63,760 nt of DNA, filler included, from Rhabdomonas costata (GCA_019059605.1; 52 parts of 52 records of this genome joined end to end with filler, not necessarily neighbours in it), one strand, 5' to 3'. Positions 1 through 13,250 are shown, numbered from the whole stretch's first letter. Program-made: numbers and translations. The notes: generated by a model not told the origin, from the sequence alone.

Positions 1-11
1 TGTTGTGGGTT

Positions 12-131
12 TCAGCTCATGGGACGTGGCTCAACGGCCGCCGTGTGAAGCCCAGCTCCCCAGTCCGCCTGATTGCTGGAGATCAGCTACGAGTGGGTTC
101 CTCGATTCACGTGTATCACTTCCAGTCGTAA
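12..131 (+). CDS. C-terminal half of an FHA domain protein (5' truncated; absent from the ORF track)
   Basis: Reads SAHGTWLNGRRVKPSSPVRLIAGDQLRVGSSIHVYHFQS*, matching FHA SxxGT(W/F)LNG...L..GD.l..G. Confidence 0.85.
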   Translation, partial: SAHGTWLNGRRVKPSSPVRLIAGDQLRVGSSIHVYHFQS

Positions 132-959
132 CTACGGAAAAGGGTGCGCTGCCATTTCTCTTTGGTGCACGGCGACGACCTCATTGAGAGGTCAGTGCAC
201 CCTGTCCGATGAACTTCACATCGAAAAGAAGCGGTTTATCACCGACAGCCCCCTGTCCCATTGGATCGTTGAGCTGGCCTGTAGCTTTGCTTGAAAGATG
301 CTGAAGCGAAGCGACGGAAGTACCGTGTGATGGCGTGCGATTGTACTTAAAATATAGTTGCTCGCTTGTGAACAGTGCGGAGTTCACTGTTAATATTGGC
401 ACGTTTCCTGGACAGGAACCTTGCCATCTACTGTTTGTGCTTGTACCTGTGCAACAGTGGCACCCGAGGTGCCGGTCCACAGTTGAAATCTCTGAATCAA
501 AATACGGGCGCAAATCAGGCTGTTTGGGATACCAACCATCTCCGTTGACAATGTTTTTGGTGGTAAACTTTTCATAACATGGAGAGGTCACCACGATTTT
601 GCAGCACAGTGTAGATCCCCCCCCCCCGAAAGTCTCTATGGAGTCCTAAAGTGTCTCATTTTGACAAGACACAGCATATAAGAGCGTTTAACGTTGGCCA
701 AGTAAAAGTGTCTACTGCATCTACGGATAGACGAGGACGCCCTCTTCCTGAAATAAAAAATGGTTTTTTGGCAACGCCTTCGTATGGTTCATGGTTTGGC
801 GCGTCATAGGGACGAATTGGACATCGTTGTGCTCCGTTGGTTGGCGAACCACAATATACATTGCGACCTCATCTGTTTCCATCTTTTTCCTTTTTCTTCT
901 AGCCATACTTTTCTTCTTTTTTGTTCGTTTGTTGCAACTGCGCGGCCCGGTTTATATCC

Positions 960-1129
960 ATGAGAACAGTGGTGGTCACCATTGCTGCAACGATCGCTGT
1001 GGCTGCGCTACTTGCTGTGCCCGTCTGGGGATCTGAGGATTTCATTAACCTTGCTCTGCCGCTTGTGAAACATTTAGGTTACACCTCGCACATCTTTTGC
1101 GCCAAAGCGGACTTGGCTGCCCAACAACC
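960..1129 (+). CDS. N-terminus of a putative secreted protein
   Basis: MRTVVVTIAATIAVAALLAVPVWG/SED is a signal-peptide-like start, downstream of a pyrimidine-rich tract. Confidence 0.45.
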
Positions 1130-1229
1130 NNNNNNNNNNNNNNNNNNNNNNNNNNNNNNNNNNNNNNNNNNNNTTAATTAATTAANNNNNNNNNNNNNNN
1201 NNNNNNNNNNNNNNNNNNNNNNNNNNNNN
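1130..1229. other. Artificial 100-bp contig spacer (44 N + TTAATTAATTAA + 44 N), recurring every ~1228 bp through the window
   Basis: An identical linker with stops in all six frames separates ~52 contigs of ~1127-1130 bp. Confidence 0.99.
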
Positions 1230-1993
1230 GTGGTGGGTGTGTTTGGTGTGGTGGGGAGCATAGTGAAAGTGTTGCTGCCAGGGTCCATGATTTCGCCGCT
1301 GGAAAGAATCGTGCTGCCATCAGATCCTCCAAAGACATAAATTTTACCTTCTTGGGCCACGGCACAAGCACCAAAGCGCCTGTGGTGCATCGCCGTGGGC
1401 AGCATCGTGAAAGCGCTACTGCTCGGGTCAAAAACTTCGCAACTGGAGAGGTCCGTGCTACCGTCATATCCCCCCAAAAGGTACATTCGACCAGCATGGG
1501 CGACAACACAGGCACGTTCGCGTTTTTTGCGCATCACTGTCGGAAGCATGGTGAAAGTGTTGTTGCTGGGATCGAAAACTTCGCAACTGGAGAGGAGCCT
1601 CAAGCCATTAAACCCACCAAAAATAAAAATTCGTCCTCCATGGGCGGCGGCGCAAGCATTTTGGCGCTTAATGCACATCTCCACCGGAAGCATCGTGAAA
1701 GAATTGCTGCTGGGGTCAAAGATCTCGCAGCTGGAGAGAGCTGAGCGGCCGTCAGACCCACCAAACACGAAAATGAGGCCTCCGTGCGCCACGGCACAGG
1801 CGCCAGAGCGCTTGCTGCACATCACCGCGGGAATCGTCGTGAAAGTGCTCGCGATAGGGTCAAACGCTTCGCAAGCGGACAGGTAAATGCTACCGTGATG
1901 ACCCCCAAACACGAAAATTTGCCCACCTTCGGCGACGGCACACGCACATTTGCATTTGCTGTGCAGCTCAACGCCAAGGAAAGTAAAACTCAT
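1230..1993 (-). CDS. Kelch-repeat beta-propeller protein (intronless here, 3' truncated)
   Basis: At least five ~47-aa repeats of the form R..ACAVAH.G.IFVFGG.DG...LSSCEVFDPS.N.FT.LP. Confidence 0.95.
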
Positions 1994-2458
1994 TATCGGA
2001 AAAGGAAGGCGTGGAGAAAAAGACTCAGGAAAAGCAACTAATGGTCTCAGTGGGGAAATCCCAGGGTGATGAGTTTCTCGACTCAAAAAGCAAGTAGCAA
2101 CCCAGGTGTGGAAAACACAGAATAAATTCTAAATGACACCGAAAAGTTCAGAAGCATACGTTCGATCATCCTCAGTCCTTTCGCTGAAAGTTGTTAAGTC
2201 GCGATAGAGAAGGGAGATTGATGAGATGGCACAGAGAGATGGCATATATCACTTGTATTTCCAAACTGATGTGTGTGTTCGGTGTCTTGATTAAGGAAGC
2301 CATGGGGAAGCTGCAAATGCTTGCAGTCCTGCACCTCCCAACTAATTGTCCTTCACCTNNNNNNNNNNNNNNNNNNNNNNNNNNNNNNNNNNNNNNNNNN
2401 NNTTAATTAATTAANNNNNNNNNNNNNNNNNNNNNNNNNNNNNNNNNNNNNNNNNNNN

Positions 2459-3300
2459 GGGGGGTTGGTGCCACACACCATCATTTCCGTGATGGGACGT
2501 GGAAGGTACTTTCGCATCGCCCCGTATGACTGACTGAGGTGGGACAGCAGAACTCGAAGGGGAGCAAAGGTAGTCAAGGCGTCAATGTTGGCCGTCTGCA
2601 TGCTCCAGTCTTCATACTTTCTGGCCTCGCTCTTCTCCGTGAAAAGCAAGATACAGTCGCGGTGACAAGGATCCCTGGATATTTTATTGTATAGGTAAAG
2701 CACGGCTTCCTCGGATCCTTCGATGGTCTGGATGAAGAAGGGCCTGGAATAGATCAGAAAGCCCGTGATGTTCACTCGAGTGTTGAAGGCCTGCGCCTTG
2801 CGTTCCAATTGTTGCAGCTGCTTGTCAGTGTTCCGGTGAGTTTCACGAGATATGTAAGTCAGGTGATAAACCTGCCGGACGACGGCAGGCTGATTCAGGG
2901 CAGTGACCAGATCGTACCGGCGAACGGAAAACGATTCATTGAAAGTGGAGAGGCTCTGGTCGCTTTTGCTGTTGAGCAGGGCAAAGTTGCCACTGCTCGG
3001 GTCGATCACCAGGCGTGGGGGCTCCGATGAAACTGCAAACAAAAGATGACGGAAACAAGAAAAGGAAAATCAGCAAACAGGCTTCCTGTCAAAAACAACG
3101 CGTGGGGTCACGAAAAGTGTCAGTGTTGGTATGACATACAGTCGTGGCAGTCGTTTATGGTGTGAGTCAATCCGGTTGTGCACACCTGCCAATGCAATTG
3201 CCGAGGTATTTGCCCGAGGAAGGCGAGCTCGTTTCGTCGTAGGGCTTCCTGGAAGACTGGAGAAGCTCATATACTTCGAAGTGGCGGAGGTATCTACAAC
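2459..3300 (-). CDS. Photoactivated adenylyl cyclase-like BLUF protein; exons 3300-3186 and 3032-2459, truncated before the expected cyclase domain
   Basis: BLUF motifs LTYIS, N..NITG.L.Y, FIQTIEG, LY.KI..DPCH and WSM, followed by the PAC-type linker APLRVLLSHLSQSYGAMRKYLP...GTNP; an in-frame phase-1 GT-AG intron at 3185-3033. Confidence 0.9.
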
Positions 3301-5273
3301 CTGGGGAAAAGGTCAGAAAACAGCATGCGAATGCTGTCCAGCAGATACTGTGCGAGAAAAACGGAACGGTAACGTTGCGTAACAATAAAAGCTGGTCATC
3401 CATTCAAGGCAACCGTGAAAATTTTGCGGAGTTCAAGTTACCATTGTTATTCTTGACAATTTCTTGTTAACTTCCCTTGCTAAGGGATTCAAGGGATTCA
3501 AAGGATTCAAGGCCATTTCGGGGGGTTGTGCTCGTGCCGCCGATAATGACCTGACACAACACCGTCGACACCCGAACAACCAACCNNNNNNNNNNNNNNN
3601 NNNNNNNNNNNNNNNNNNNNNNNNNNNNNTTAATTAATTAANNNNNNNNNNNNNNNNNNNNNNNNNNNNNNNNNNNNNNNNNNNNTGTGGTGGCGTCTTC
3701 AATAAACAAGGTTACGATACTGCGAAACTTGTGACAATCACCTTTTTTCGCAGTATCGTAACCTTGTTTATTGAAGACGCCAGCGCACCAGAAGCGCCTA
3801 AATTGCCGTGTTCGTTTTTCAATTTGGAATCGGAAGGCCAGGCGTCCCAAAAGAGTCGCTTTTTTTTTGCCGAAGTAATGCCCAAACAAAAGGGGGTCAG
3901 CTGTTCACAAAACATGTATTTCTCACGGTGAACGTACGGGCATGCGCTGCCCCCCCCTCTCCTGTCTCACGAGTTTTGATCCGCACCGTCGGATGTGTAA
4001 CTCTGAGCTGCACATTCTGGAATGAGTCTACTCTGCGTACTAAATGAAGAGTAGAATCGTCGCATCTGCAAATAGCGCTTTCCTTGAAACAAGGCTTTGT
4101 GTTTTATCGCCACCGAAGCCCTGTTCTCTTTCTCTTTTTTTGTGGTGGTTGGGGGGAGGGGTTATTTGAATTCATTTTTGATTGTTGAGGGGGGTGCTGC
4201 ACTTCCGCATTTCCTCGACGATTACCCTGCAGCAGCTCATCATCTGCAGCATGCTGTTCAAGCTGCACAGCACCAACCGGGATTTAGGACATCCGGGCTG
4301 CCTTGTCGAGGGAGCGTCGGGCCCCTGCAGCACCTCGGAGAGGGTTCTGGACAAGAGTAGCAGTCTTCCTCCGCAGACCTGTCGAGCCTGGGGATAAAAA
4401 TTTGATGCCAGAGAGTGCATACAGAGAAGCTGAGGATGCGAGATCATGTGGCGCAAGATTAGCCAGCGAGATCCTGAGTGCACTGCGGTAGAGAACGTTC
4501 ACTTTTTCGTCCCCATGTTGCAAATGCCAGGATCGCAGAAGCAGAAGAGGCATCTGCGGTTCTTGTACCCAACACAAGGGAGTCCAGGGAGATCGGAAAT
4601 CTGGTGCACCGACATGATGAGGATTGAAGAGTCTATTGTTATGCATCATTATTCAGGCCATCTGTTGTATTGCACTGTTGTTCAGGGTCGCAGTGACCCA
4701 AGCAAGCTTTTGAAGAAAGAAGCCCGTAAGAAATCACATCGCAACACGTCAAACGGCATTAAATCAGTCCTGGGAACCGTTCATCGCCGTTCCCGGGCAA
4801 ATTCACCAAAACCCNNNNNNNNNNNNNNNNNNNNNNNNNNNNNNNNNNNNNNNNNNNNTTAATTAATTAANNNNNNNNNNNNNNNNNNNNNNNNNNNNNN
4901 NNNNNNNNNNNNNNTGGGTGGTTGTTCTGAGTTGTGATTGTTCTTCGATTGAACTGATGTTGCGGTGAACACCCTAACAGAAGGTTGCAGATTTGTTGGC
5001 TGGAACATTGTGTACAGCAAGTGAGAGAAGCACACCTCATTCGCTCAACTTTCCAAAAAGGAGGCAAAAATGGGTTCACGCAAATAAGCAGGAAAATCTG
5101 CACTAACAGAGCAAATCCGCTGATGCAGCTCACCGCGAAATGACCCGCACCACGTGTGCCAAGCGTGTGATTATGAATTTGGATCGAGCGCCACCTTTTC
5201 GGCTCCAGAGCATAAACCCTTTTGACCGTAGTATTCATTCTTCCGCGCAACTTGGCCTGCATTTTCGTCGCAG

Positions 5274-5594
5274 CGCTTCCCTGCTCCCTCTCGGTGAGCG
5301 GCTTCTCCGGAAGTCAGTTCATACTGAACGGGCTGTTCGACGTTGCGGACGACCTCTACCTGGACCGGCCCTACTACTTTGGCTCTGTGAATTACTATGG
5401 GGTGCTGTGGTACAATCCCCCGCCATCGGGTCTGGGGTGGACCTTTAGCTCGGGACTGAACTCTACGGATAACATTTACGCCTACAACGCCCAGAATGTG
5501 TCCACTCCCGACCTCCTCACCGAGCCGTGGTTTATTGTAAACCCGAACTCGAGAGAGTTTGTGTCGGACCCTGCACTGCGAACGCTATGCACAA
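5274..5594 (+). CDS. Exon of a probable extracellular/surface protein
   Basis: Open frame between cag| and |gtaccc, rich in aromatic residues, with NST/NVS sequons. Confidence 0.5.
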
Positions 5595-6404
5595 GTACCC
5601 CGTTCTTTTTATTTTTTCTTATTCCACCACGCCGGAAAGCCATGCCGTATTTGCTCACGGGAAGCAAGGATCAGCAGCTCTTGTGTTATTCCTACGTGGC
5701 ACAAACACAGCCGATGAAAATGCCGCTGTCATAGTCTTCACGGTCCTTTCTTACGTCTATGTTTGGGTGGTTTTGGAGGACGTGAACCGAATCCGCAAGT
5801 TTCAATCGAGTCCTATCCCGCAAGCCCCAGCGGTGGCCTTTTGTCAAAAGCGTATATCCAGCGTAAATCCAGGGGCATGGGACTCACTCTTGAGCCCAGT
5901 CCGCAAAGCGTCACCTAGAACCTCACCCGTTCATCGCTTTTGCGCATGGAAAGGACTTCTCAGCGTGTCCCGGCTTCAACACCCAATGCTTTCCTGGTCC
6001 TTTTTGGTGGCTTAGACATCTCGTTGGCGTGTCAACCAAACAANNNNNNNNNNNNNNNNNNNNNNNNNNNNNNNNNNNNNNNNNNNNTTAATTAATTAAN
6101 NNNNNNNNNNNNNNNNNNNNNNNNNNNNNNNNNNNNNNNNNNNGGTCTGTGTCTTTCCCTGTTTCAGAGCCTTTCCCCCCTTTTTTTTAGTCGCTGCTTT
6201 TGGGAATGTGTGTTACAGCCTGCGTTGGCTCAAAGATGAAAGAAAACGTGAACGAGCTCTGTGAGTGTAGTGTGGGAAATAGTCACTGGGGAAACTTCTG
6301 TACCTTTTGCAGTTGTTGCTGGGCATGCACACGCAACCAGAGAGAAACCCATACGGAGAGGGAGCCACTCTTCACTTTTCAAAAAGAAACTGCTCATTTT
6401 CTTT

Positions 6405-6466
6405 TGTTTTGTTTTGGTTTGGTTTGGTTTGGTTTGGTTTGGTTTGGTTTGGTTTGGTTTGGTTTG
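6405..6466 (+). repeat. (GGTTT)n pentanucleotide microsatellite
   Basis: About 10 tandem units visible. Confidence 0.95.
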
Positions 6467-6908
6467 GAAATTTAACTGGCACTGGTCATTCCTGCTCGAC
6501 CAGAGAAAACGGCTAGACCGGCGAGATTGCCGGGGTGTCACCCAGGAGTGAAATGCCAACCGGTGGTGGCCGCTCGGCGACGCTGGGGTTTGGTTCTTGA
6601 CCTCGAACAGCGGCTTTCTTTGCAGCTGAATCGGGAGGGTGGCGGAGCGAAAACAGATCAGCACCGCGCAACCTATCTGCCGCCCACTTGTTTACACAAA
6701 CGGGAACCCAGAGTTGTTTGGCGAAAACCAACGGGATAAATTTTTTTCTGGTGGGTGCAAAGACCCACAGGTAATGCAATACGAACAACATGAGAGAATT
6801 AAGTGTGTGAGAAAACCCCATGGGGCCAAGCACCAAAGATCCAGTTAGTAGGTTTTTGCACACCCCGTAGATAATTTTTTTTAGAGTCAAACCTCGTAGT
6901 TATTTAAA

Positions 6909-7135
6909 ATGGCTCGACCTCCAGTGAGACCCGTGCGCCAACAGAAAATCCTTCGACAAGGATGGGCGGTTTACTCTGTTCAAGACCAAATTTTTGAAAT
7001 TCCAGAGCGCTATGAACTTCTTGGCTGCATCGGAAAAGGAGCTTTTGGAACTGTTGTTTCTGCGCGTTCCCGAGAGGGAAGGGTCGCTATCAAGAAGATT
7101 TCCATCCGAGAAGACAATATTCTTGAAGTCAAAAG
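6909..7135 (+). CDS. MAP kinase, first exon
   Basis: FEIPERYELLGCIGKGAFGTVVSA...VAIKKI...EVKR, then a GT donor. Confidence 0.85.
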
Positions 7136-8241
7136 GTCTTTTTTTGAACTTTTCGGAGGCAATCAAATGCACGTTTCCTTCGGAAACTGACGTTTCCCCG
7201 ATGTCCCTTTCTTCACGTTCCCAAACATTATCTTTTCTTTTGAAGGCCCCCCCCACCCAACCACACCCACCACNNNNNNNNNNNNNNNNNNNNNNNNNNN
7301 NNNNNNNNNNNNNNNNNTTAATTAATTAANNNNNNNNNNNNNNNNNNNNNNNNNNNNNNNNNNNNNNNNNNNNAAATTGGGCAACTATCCCTAGCCTGCC
7401 TAGAGTCTGTTCAGATCAATATCAGTTGCTCGGTTGCTTTGACCATTATTTCCTTCGCCCTCTCAAGTTCTTTGTTTTTGGCAGACACCCCAAGTTTCTG
7501 CCGCTGCAGTCGCATATTAGGATGTGTCGAAAGCTCCATCGCGCTATCGTGCACCATCACGCTCCAGCGGGGCAAAACGCAAAACGTTATCGCAATCCAT
7601 CGCGTGCCATCTCTTCATCGCCATCGTCATCGCCATCGCCAACGGGTGCCACCGCTCACTTCTGGAAAGCAGGGTTTGTTTGCTTCAAACCTTCCAGGAT
7701 GAACCTGAACTGGAAGGTGAGTACCGGCAAGAATCAGGACTGGAAACATTCCGGTGGGTCGGTGGGTGGGATACTGGCATGGTGCCTTGAAAAAGGCGGG
7801 AAACCGGGCCAATTCACTCAAAACTAACAACGTAGCATTTAAAAACCGCAGCAGTGATCACCTCATGTGCGGGGCACCACTGCGCCATCGCGTGTCATCG
7901 CTCCTTCGCTCTATCGCGGTATCGTCCCCCGTCGCACGCCATCGCCCACGGCCGACTTGCCATTATAAGGTAAGTTAAGGTTTTTTCGCACAGGACGCCC
8001 TACAAGCCCTTACGACATCACCAACCTCTCAAGAACGGTGCGCACATCGCCCTTCAACTTCCTGTGAGACCGATGTCACCTCTTGGTGCACGCGTATCCC
8101 TCACACTCCCCAGCCCCCGAATCAAAGACGCTGAGCCACGAAAGGAAAAATAAATACTTCACAGCTCCGCAAAAAAAAATGTTTTCGATTGAAAAATCGT
8201 TCACCGTTGCAAACATTAAACAAACAGCCGAGGGGATTCTA

Positions 8242-8475
<234 letters not shown>

Positions 8476-10038
8476 TCAGACAAAACAATTTACAACAAAC
8501 CCNNNNNNNNNNNNNNNNNNNNNNNNNNNNNNNNNNNNNNNNNNNNTTAATTAATTAANNNNNNNNNNNNNNNNNNNNNNNNNNNNNNNNNNNNNNNNNN
8601 NNGTTTTTTTTGTCGATTGCTTCAGATACTGAGAACTTCTGCATGCCTTTCTCTTCTCAGAGATTCGCTATCCCGTGCTCCCGGATAAGGCCCGGTCATC
8701 TCAGGCCAGAGGAGCTCCATTTTAAGACTCGCAAAACTGGCGTCGCGGACCACGTGGGCAATTTCCTTTCTGAGTTTGGGTCTGTCCACTGTCTGCCTTC
8801 TGCCCTGGAAGATTCTAAATTGGCAGGACTCTGGCCTATGTTGTACAGCATCTCGCCCCGAGTGTGATATCATCTTGCAATGTCCCCAACTTGGTGTTGT
8901 TGATGTTATTTCTTTTTCTTTGGTCAATCCAGAACTCGTGTTGCTTGAGTATGCTGCAAATCGGAGCCTCCCCGAGAACTCTCAGCGCGGCAGTGTAAAG
9001 CAGTGTTCCTTTTTCGACCTCTGCAGAGCTGGGGGTTGGGGATCAAGAGGAAGCTTCTCAGCAAGTATTAACACTTAACAGGTGGTGTTTTTATTCAAAT
9101 CGCGCGGAAGTGTTGGCGGTTTCCCAGTGATCCCCATCATCCGACTCCGTGAAAAATACTGAATTCAGCAGTACCCCGGTGGGGATGGGGACGAGGGATG
9201 CGGGACGCGGGGTGCTTTTCCTTCACATCGATCAACCAGAGAGGGCAGAGAAGTTAAGGGGGAAGGGGGAGCTACCCGTTTTACGTATGACGGCCTTATA
9301 TAGGTGCAATGCCACAATCACTTGCGTCGCACCCTGACTTTGAGTGTCGAAGTCACTGCGGGCCACCAAATGAATTCATCTGAAAAGCTTATAACAGTGA
9401 AGCATACGACGTACAACGAACCCTCTCCCCATATTTATTAGGGACAACCTGGGAGCCGCGCAATGTCTTTTGTCAGCAGCAAAAGAGCAATTCAAAAAAA
9501 ACGAAACGGAAGAAGAAGGTTGAATCGGACGAGAGTAGGGGCGTCCAAGTTGAGAAGGATTTGGTTCCTCGGTATGTCTGTCGTACGGATTGTTTTGTTG
9601 TTGTTTTGTGGGCTGCAGGATCCCTGTAGACTTGTCCCCTTCTTTTGATTTTCTTTCTACCTCCGGTTCTCCCCCTGTGTGCAACCTTGTGCACAGCATT
9701 TCCCTTTACCCCACTTCCACACACCCCACACNNNNNNNNNNNNNNNNNNNNNNNNNNNNNNNNNNNNNNNNNNNNTTAATTAATTAANNNNNNNNNNNNN
9801 NNNNNNNNNNNNNNNNNNNNNNNNNNNNNNNGTTGGGTGGTGAGAAGTATGAAGTTAGCGTTTTTCCCTATGCTTCATAGGGCAACTTCTTATTCTTGCT
9901 TCAGGGGTATAGAGTTTTTCGTCGATCTACCCAGCTGCAAGAATAAGAAGTTGCCCTATGAAGCATAGGGAAAAACGCTAACTTCATACTTCTCACCTCC
10001 TCAAGCTTCCCCTTCGTTTTTAAGCCGCTGTTTTGGGT

Positions 10039-10910
10039 ATGATGAGGACACGTCTTCTGTATTTCGTGATAACTGTGGTTGTGCTGGCCGCCCTTCCTGG
10101 CTTGATCTTTGCACATCTCTACAACGAGACAGCCTCCTCCATCTTAGGCCTCGCTGGCGGTGCGATACTTCTTGCGCGGGGGACTACGCGTTCTGCTCAG
10201 CTCTCCGCTGATGTCGCCGAGGAAGCCGCTCGTGCCTCTGAGTTAGCAGCTCAGAATAGCTTGCAGCTCGCGGAAATATTTGTCCGGGAAACGGAAATTG
10301 TTGGTCTGCAACTGCACACCAGAGCAATGGCAGAAATGGGAAGCGCTGTCCTGCGCCGCTTGGATGCTGCGGAGGGTGCCACAAGGTCTTTACGAAGCGC
10401 CTGGGAGCTCGGGTTTCTGAGGAGCTGCATTCTGGACTCGTCCTCACTGACACTCTCCTCCTTTATGGCGCAATTCTTGGAGCTAGTGCAGGCTTACCCG
10501 GCTTACTTCAAGTATATTTTTTACAATGAAGCCAACTCGTTGGTCGCTGGAGGCCTCACGGACTGCGGTTGGAGCGGTTTTCAAAACTACACCTTTTACG
10601 CCATGGGCACCGATGCACGGTACGTTTACTGGGAAATGAGGCCAAGGTCACCCCACGAAACTGTCGCTGGAAGGATGAGGATCCGTCCTCAACCTCGTTC
10701 ACGCCGGGACAACTCTCATCCCTGCAAAGGGAGGGATCCCTATGGACAACACATGTATTCACGGACATCGTCCTTGGCATTCCGGCGCCCCCTGTGCTGC
10801 TGTGTTCGCGACTGCTTTCCACGCGGGTAGCCGGAAACTTCAGTGGATTTTTTGGAGCAGACCTGGACATGGGCTTCTTGAGCTCTACACTCCAGAGCAG
10901 CTTGGTTTCT
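10039..10910 (+). CDS. Membrane receptor with N-terminal TM helix and Cache-like extracellular region; contains a frame change near 10640-10660
   Basis: TM segment LLYFVITVVVLAALPGLIFA and a long helical stalk; in a second frame SLWTTHVFTD...FSGFFGADLDMGFLSSTL resembles the dCache C-terminal strands. Confidence 0.55.
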
Positions 10911-13074
10911 CCGGAGTGTAGAGCTCAAGAAGCCCATGTCCAGGTCTGCCCCAAAAAACNNNNNNNNNNNNNNNNNNNNNNNNNNNNNNNNNNNNNNNNN
11001 NNNTTAATTAATTAANNNNNNNNNNNNNNNNNNNNNNNNNNNNNNNNNNNNNNNNNNNNTGTTGTGGGGCACCTGTGCGGGCTCTCGGGGCAGTCGCCTT
11101 CCGAACAGAGGGCCTCCCTTTTGGCCTTCTGTGGTCACCCGTCGCGGTGTCTCGACCTGCACGCCTGCCTGGACATTCACCAGAGCGTGCGGAGAGTCCT
11201 GGCCGCGCTGGTTGCCCATCAGCTGTGGAAGTGGCCCACCACTGCTGCCACCAGGCTTGGCCAGGGCCCAGCATTAGGGTCGAGGCAGCGCCGGGCTCCG
11301 TCAGACTTCAGGCCTGTGATTGCTGAGCTGCGGCAAGCGCTGCGGAAGAAGGTGTGGGACTCAGCCAATTCGCGTCCTAAATGATTATTGATGGCGAATC
11401 CTGCTGGCCGCGCCTGATCACGCAGAAGGAAGCGTTGCGAATCTGGACTCCTCATCTCCCAATGGTTGGTTTCACCGGCTTTGTCCACCATTGGGTCATT
11501 ATCCCGAAGTACGTGGTGGTCTAATTTCGCCTTTAGGATTGGTTCCGGATCATTGGGTATCTGGCGTGGCCTGCCCAAAATTTTTGTGCTCCAACACTTT
11601 CCTACTATTGTCTTCTACCTTCCACCTTTCGCTTTTCTTTCTTCGTGAAACCATACGTACATATGTGTTTTGTTTGGCTGGTGCTCTGACACCCATTCTT
11701 CAATTCAACTGAAATCAACGCCGGAGCTGAGGCGACTGCCATCTCTCACCACCACCACCAGTAATGGACAGTTGTGTCATAAGTCTTTTGTTTAGAATTG
11801 CCTTATTCACCATGCTGGTATTTTCGCCCTGCAACGCAGAGCGACAAGCTGCTGCTGGTGATGCTGCTCACTGCGGCTTTTCCTGGGCAGTTGTTTCACG
11901 CGAAAAGGTGCACGTGCATATGTCACGGGGTGCATTGCTTTTGAATGCATATGGGTTTATCCGCGCATGCTTGCCTTCTTCGGAAAAGGTTAACATGTGT
12001 CGGCGGACCAGTGTTAGATTCACTCTGAGTAGAAAAGGTTGAATGAGAAGTACCCGAGTCCTGCATTTGGAAAGTAGGTAAAGTATATTGTGGGTTCATG
12101 CTAAAAATGCGAATCCCAGCTGAAGGCGAAAACTGGCCGCGGAACCTCAAAGGTGAAATTTAATCACGCTCAAACAAGTCGCTTTTANNNNNNNNNNNNN
12201 NNNNNNNNNNNNNNNNNNNNNNNNNNNNNNNTTAATTAATTAANNNNNNNNNNNNNNNNNNNNNNNNNNNNNNNNNNNNNNNNNNNNGGGTTGGTTGCTC
12301 AGAGCCATCGATCATAATCGAGCACTGTTATAAAAATTGTGGGTGTAAACATTTATTTCTACCAAAGGCACATAAAATCTAGAGGGTCCAGCTAAAAATT
12401 TATAATCGTCAGCACAATATTCAGCAAAACTGGAGATAAAATCTCAAAATGGCTTCACTTATTTGGAGGTTTAGTGCATCAAAATGATATGCATATGCGT
12501 ACTGGTGTCGATGCAACGTGTCTTAGTGGATTGGAAGATTTACGAGACGTTCCGTGGAGCTATTGTGACAAATTTATGCTGAACTTCAAGTGTCAAGGAT
12601 CGCAGTACTGATGCAAAAACGTTAACAAAGCCGCAGGTATACTGACATTAAAGTTCACGTAGCGCTTTTGGCATACAACGTTTAGTAAGCAACGTGATTA
12701 AGTAATCGCTGCAAATTGTATTTCAGAGACATAACCGACTTCATGGCCGTACAACACCATTTTTCAATCAATACCTACAATAACAGAACAATTATCTCTG
12801 CTGCTGAGTTATGAATACAACATAACAGCCTCTACGCGATGGAGTGTAACATTGTCTGCGGCAACTCAATTTTATATGATGTGAGAATCTGCGGGAAATT
12901 TTTGATTTGCCGAATATACGCAACTTCAAAAGTGTACATATGTTTGTGGTATATTGTGATTTTGTGATGTTAAAATACGCTTCGTACCTTGATATTGTAG
13001 TAATGCTATGCAATATTTATACGGCATAACTAAAGATGACGGGCCACATGACAAAGGCGTAAGCCAAGAAGTAG

Positions 13075-13250
13075 TCACTGGACGAAACCGTCTCGTACAC
13101 AACACAACAACACAATGAAAGATTCAGCGTCACCATGGAGGTTCTGGAACTCCTTGACATTAGCCTCCAGATGGTCAGTATATACCCCACCTCTTGCTCT
13201 GAGGAAGGTCTTCAGCCTTCCCCAGGTTCCATCAATCCCCTGGTGGACAC
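13075..13250 (-). mobile_element. Merlin/IS1595-like transposase C-terminal fragment (second family)
   Basis: HQGIDGTWGRLKTFLRARGGVYTDHLEANVKEFQ resembles the Merlin TQ.IE..W..LK.......G.....L....EF block. Confidence 0.5.

Noticed and set aside
1352-1886. Long plus-strand ORFs opposite the Kelch gene, and most other 60-150 aa ORFs in the track
   Set aside because: Antisense shadows or chance ORFs in ~50% GC intronic DNA, with no recognisable motifs
6405-6466. GGTTT, GTTTC and GGTTCT arrays as telomeric repeats
   Set aside because: Short, internal and of several different units; ordinary microsatellites
9838-9997. Long perfect inverted repeats or hairpins (also ~3692-3782, 10862-10946, 15782-15865, 16955-17098, 22117-22300, 24567-24646, 27030-27091, 30716-31006, 37315-37975, 62639-62960)
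   Set aside because: One arm always abuts a contig end and the arms are essentially identical, the signature of WGA fold-back chimeras rather than TIRs or RNA hairpins
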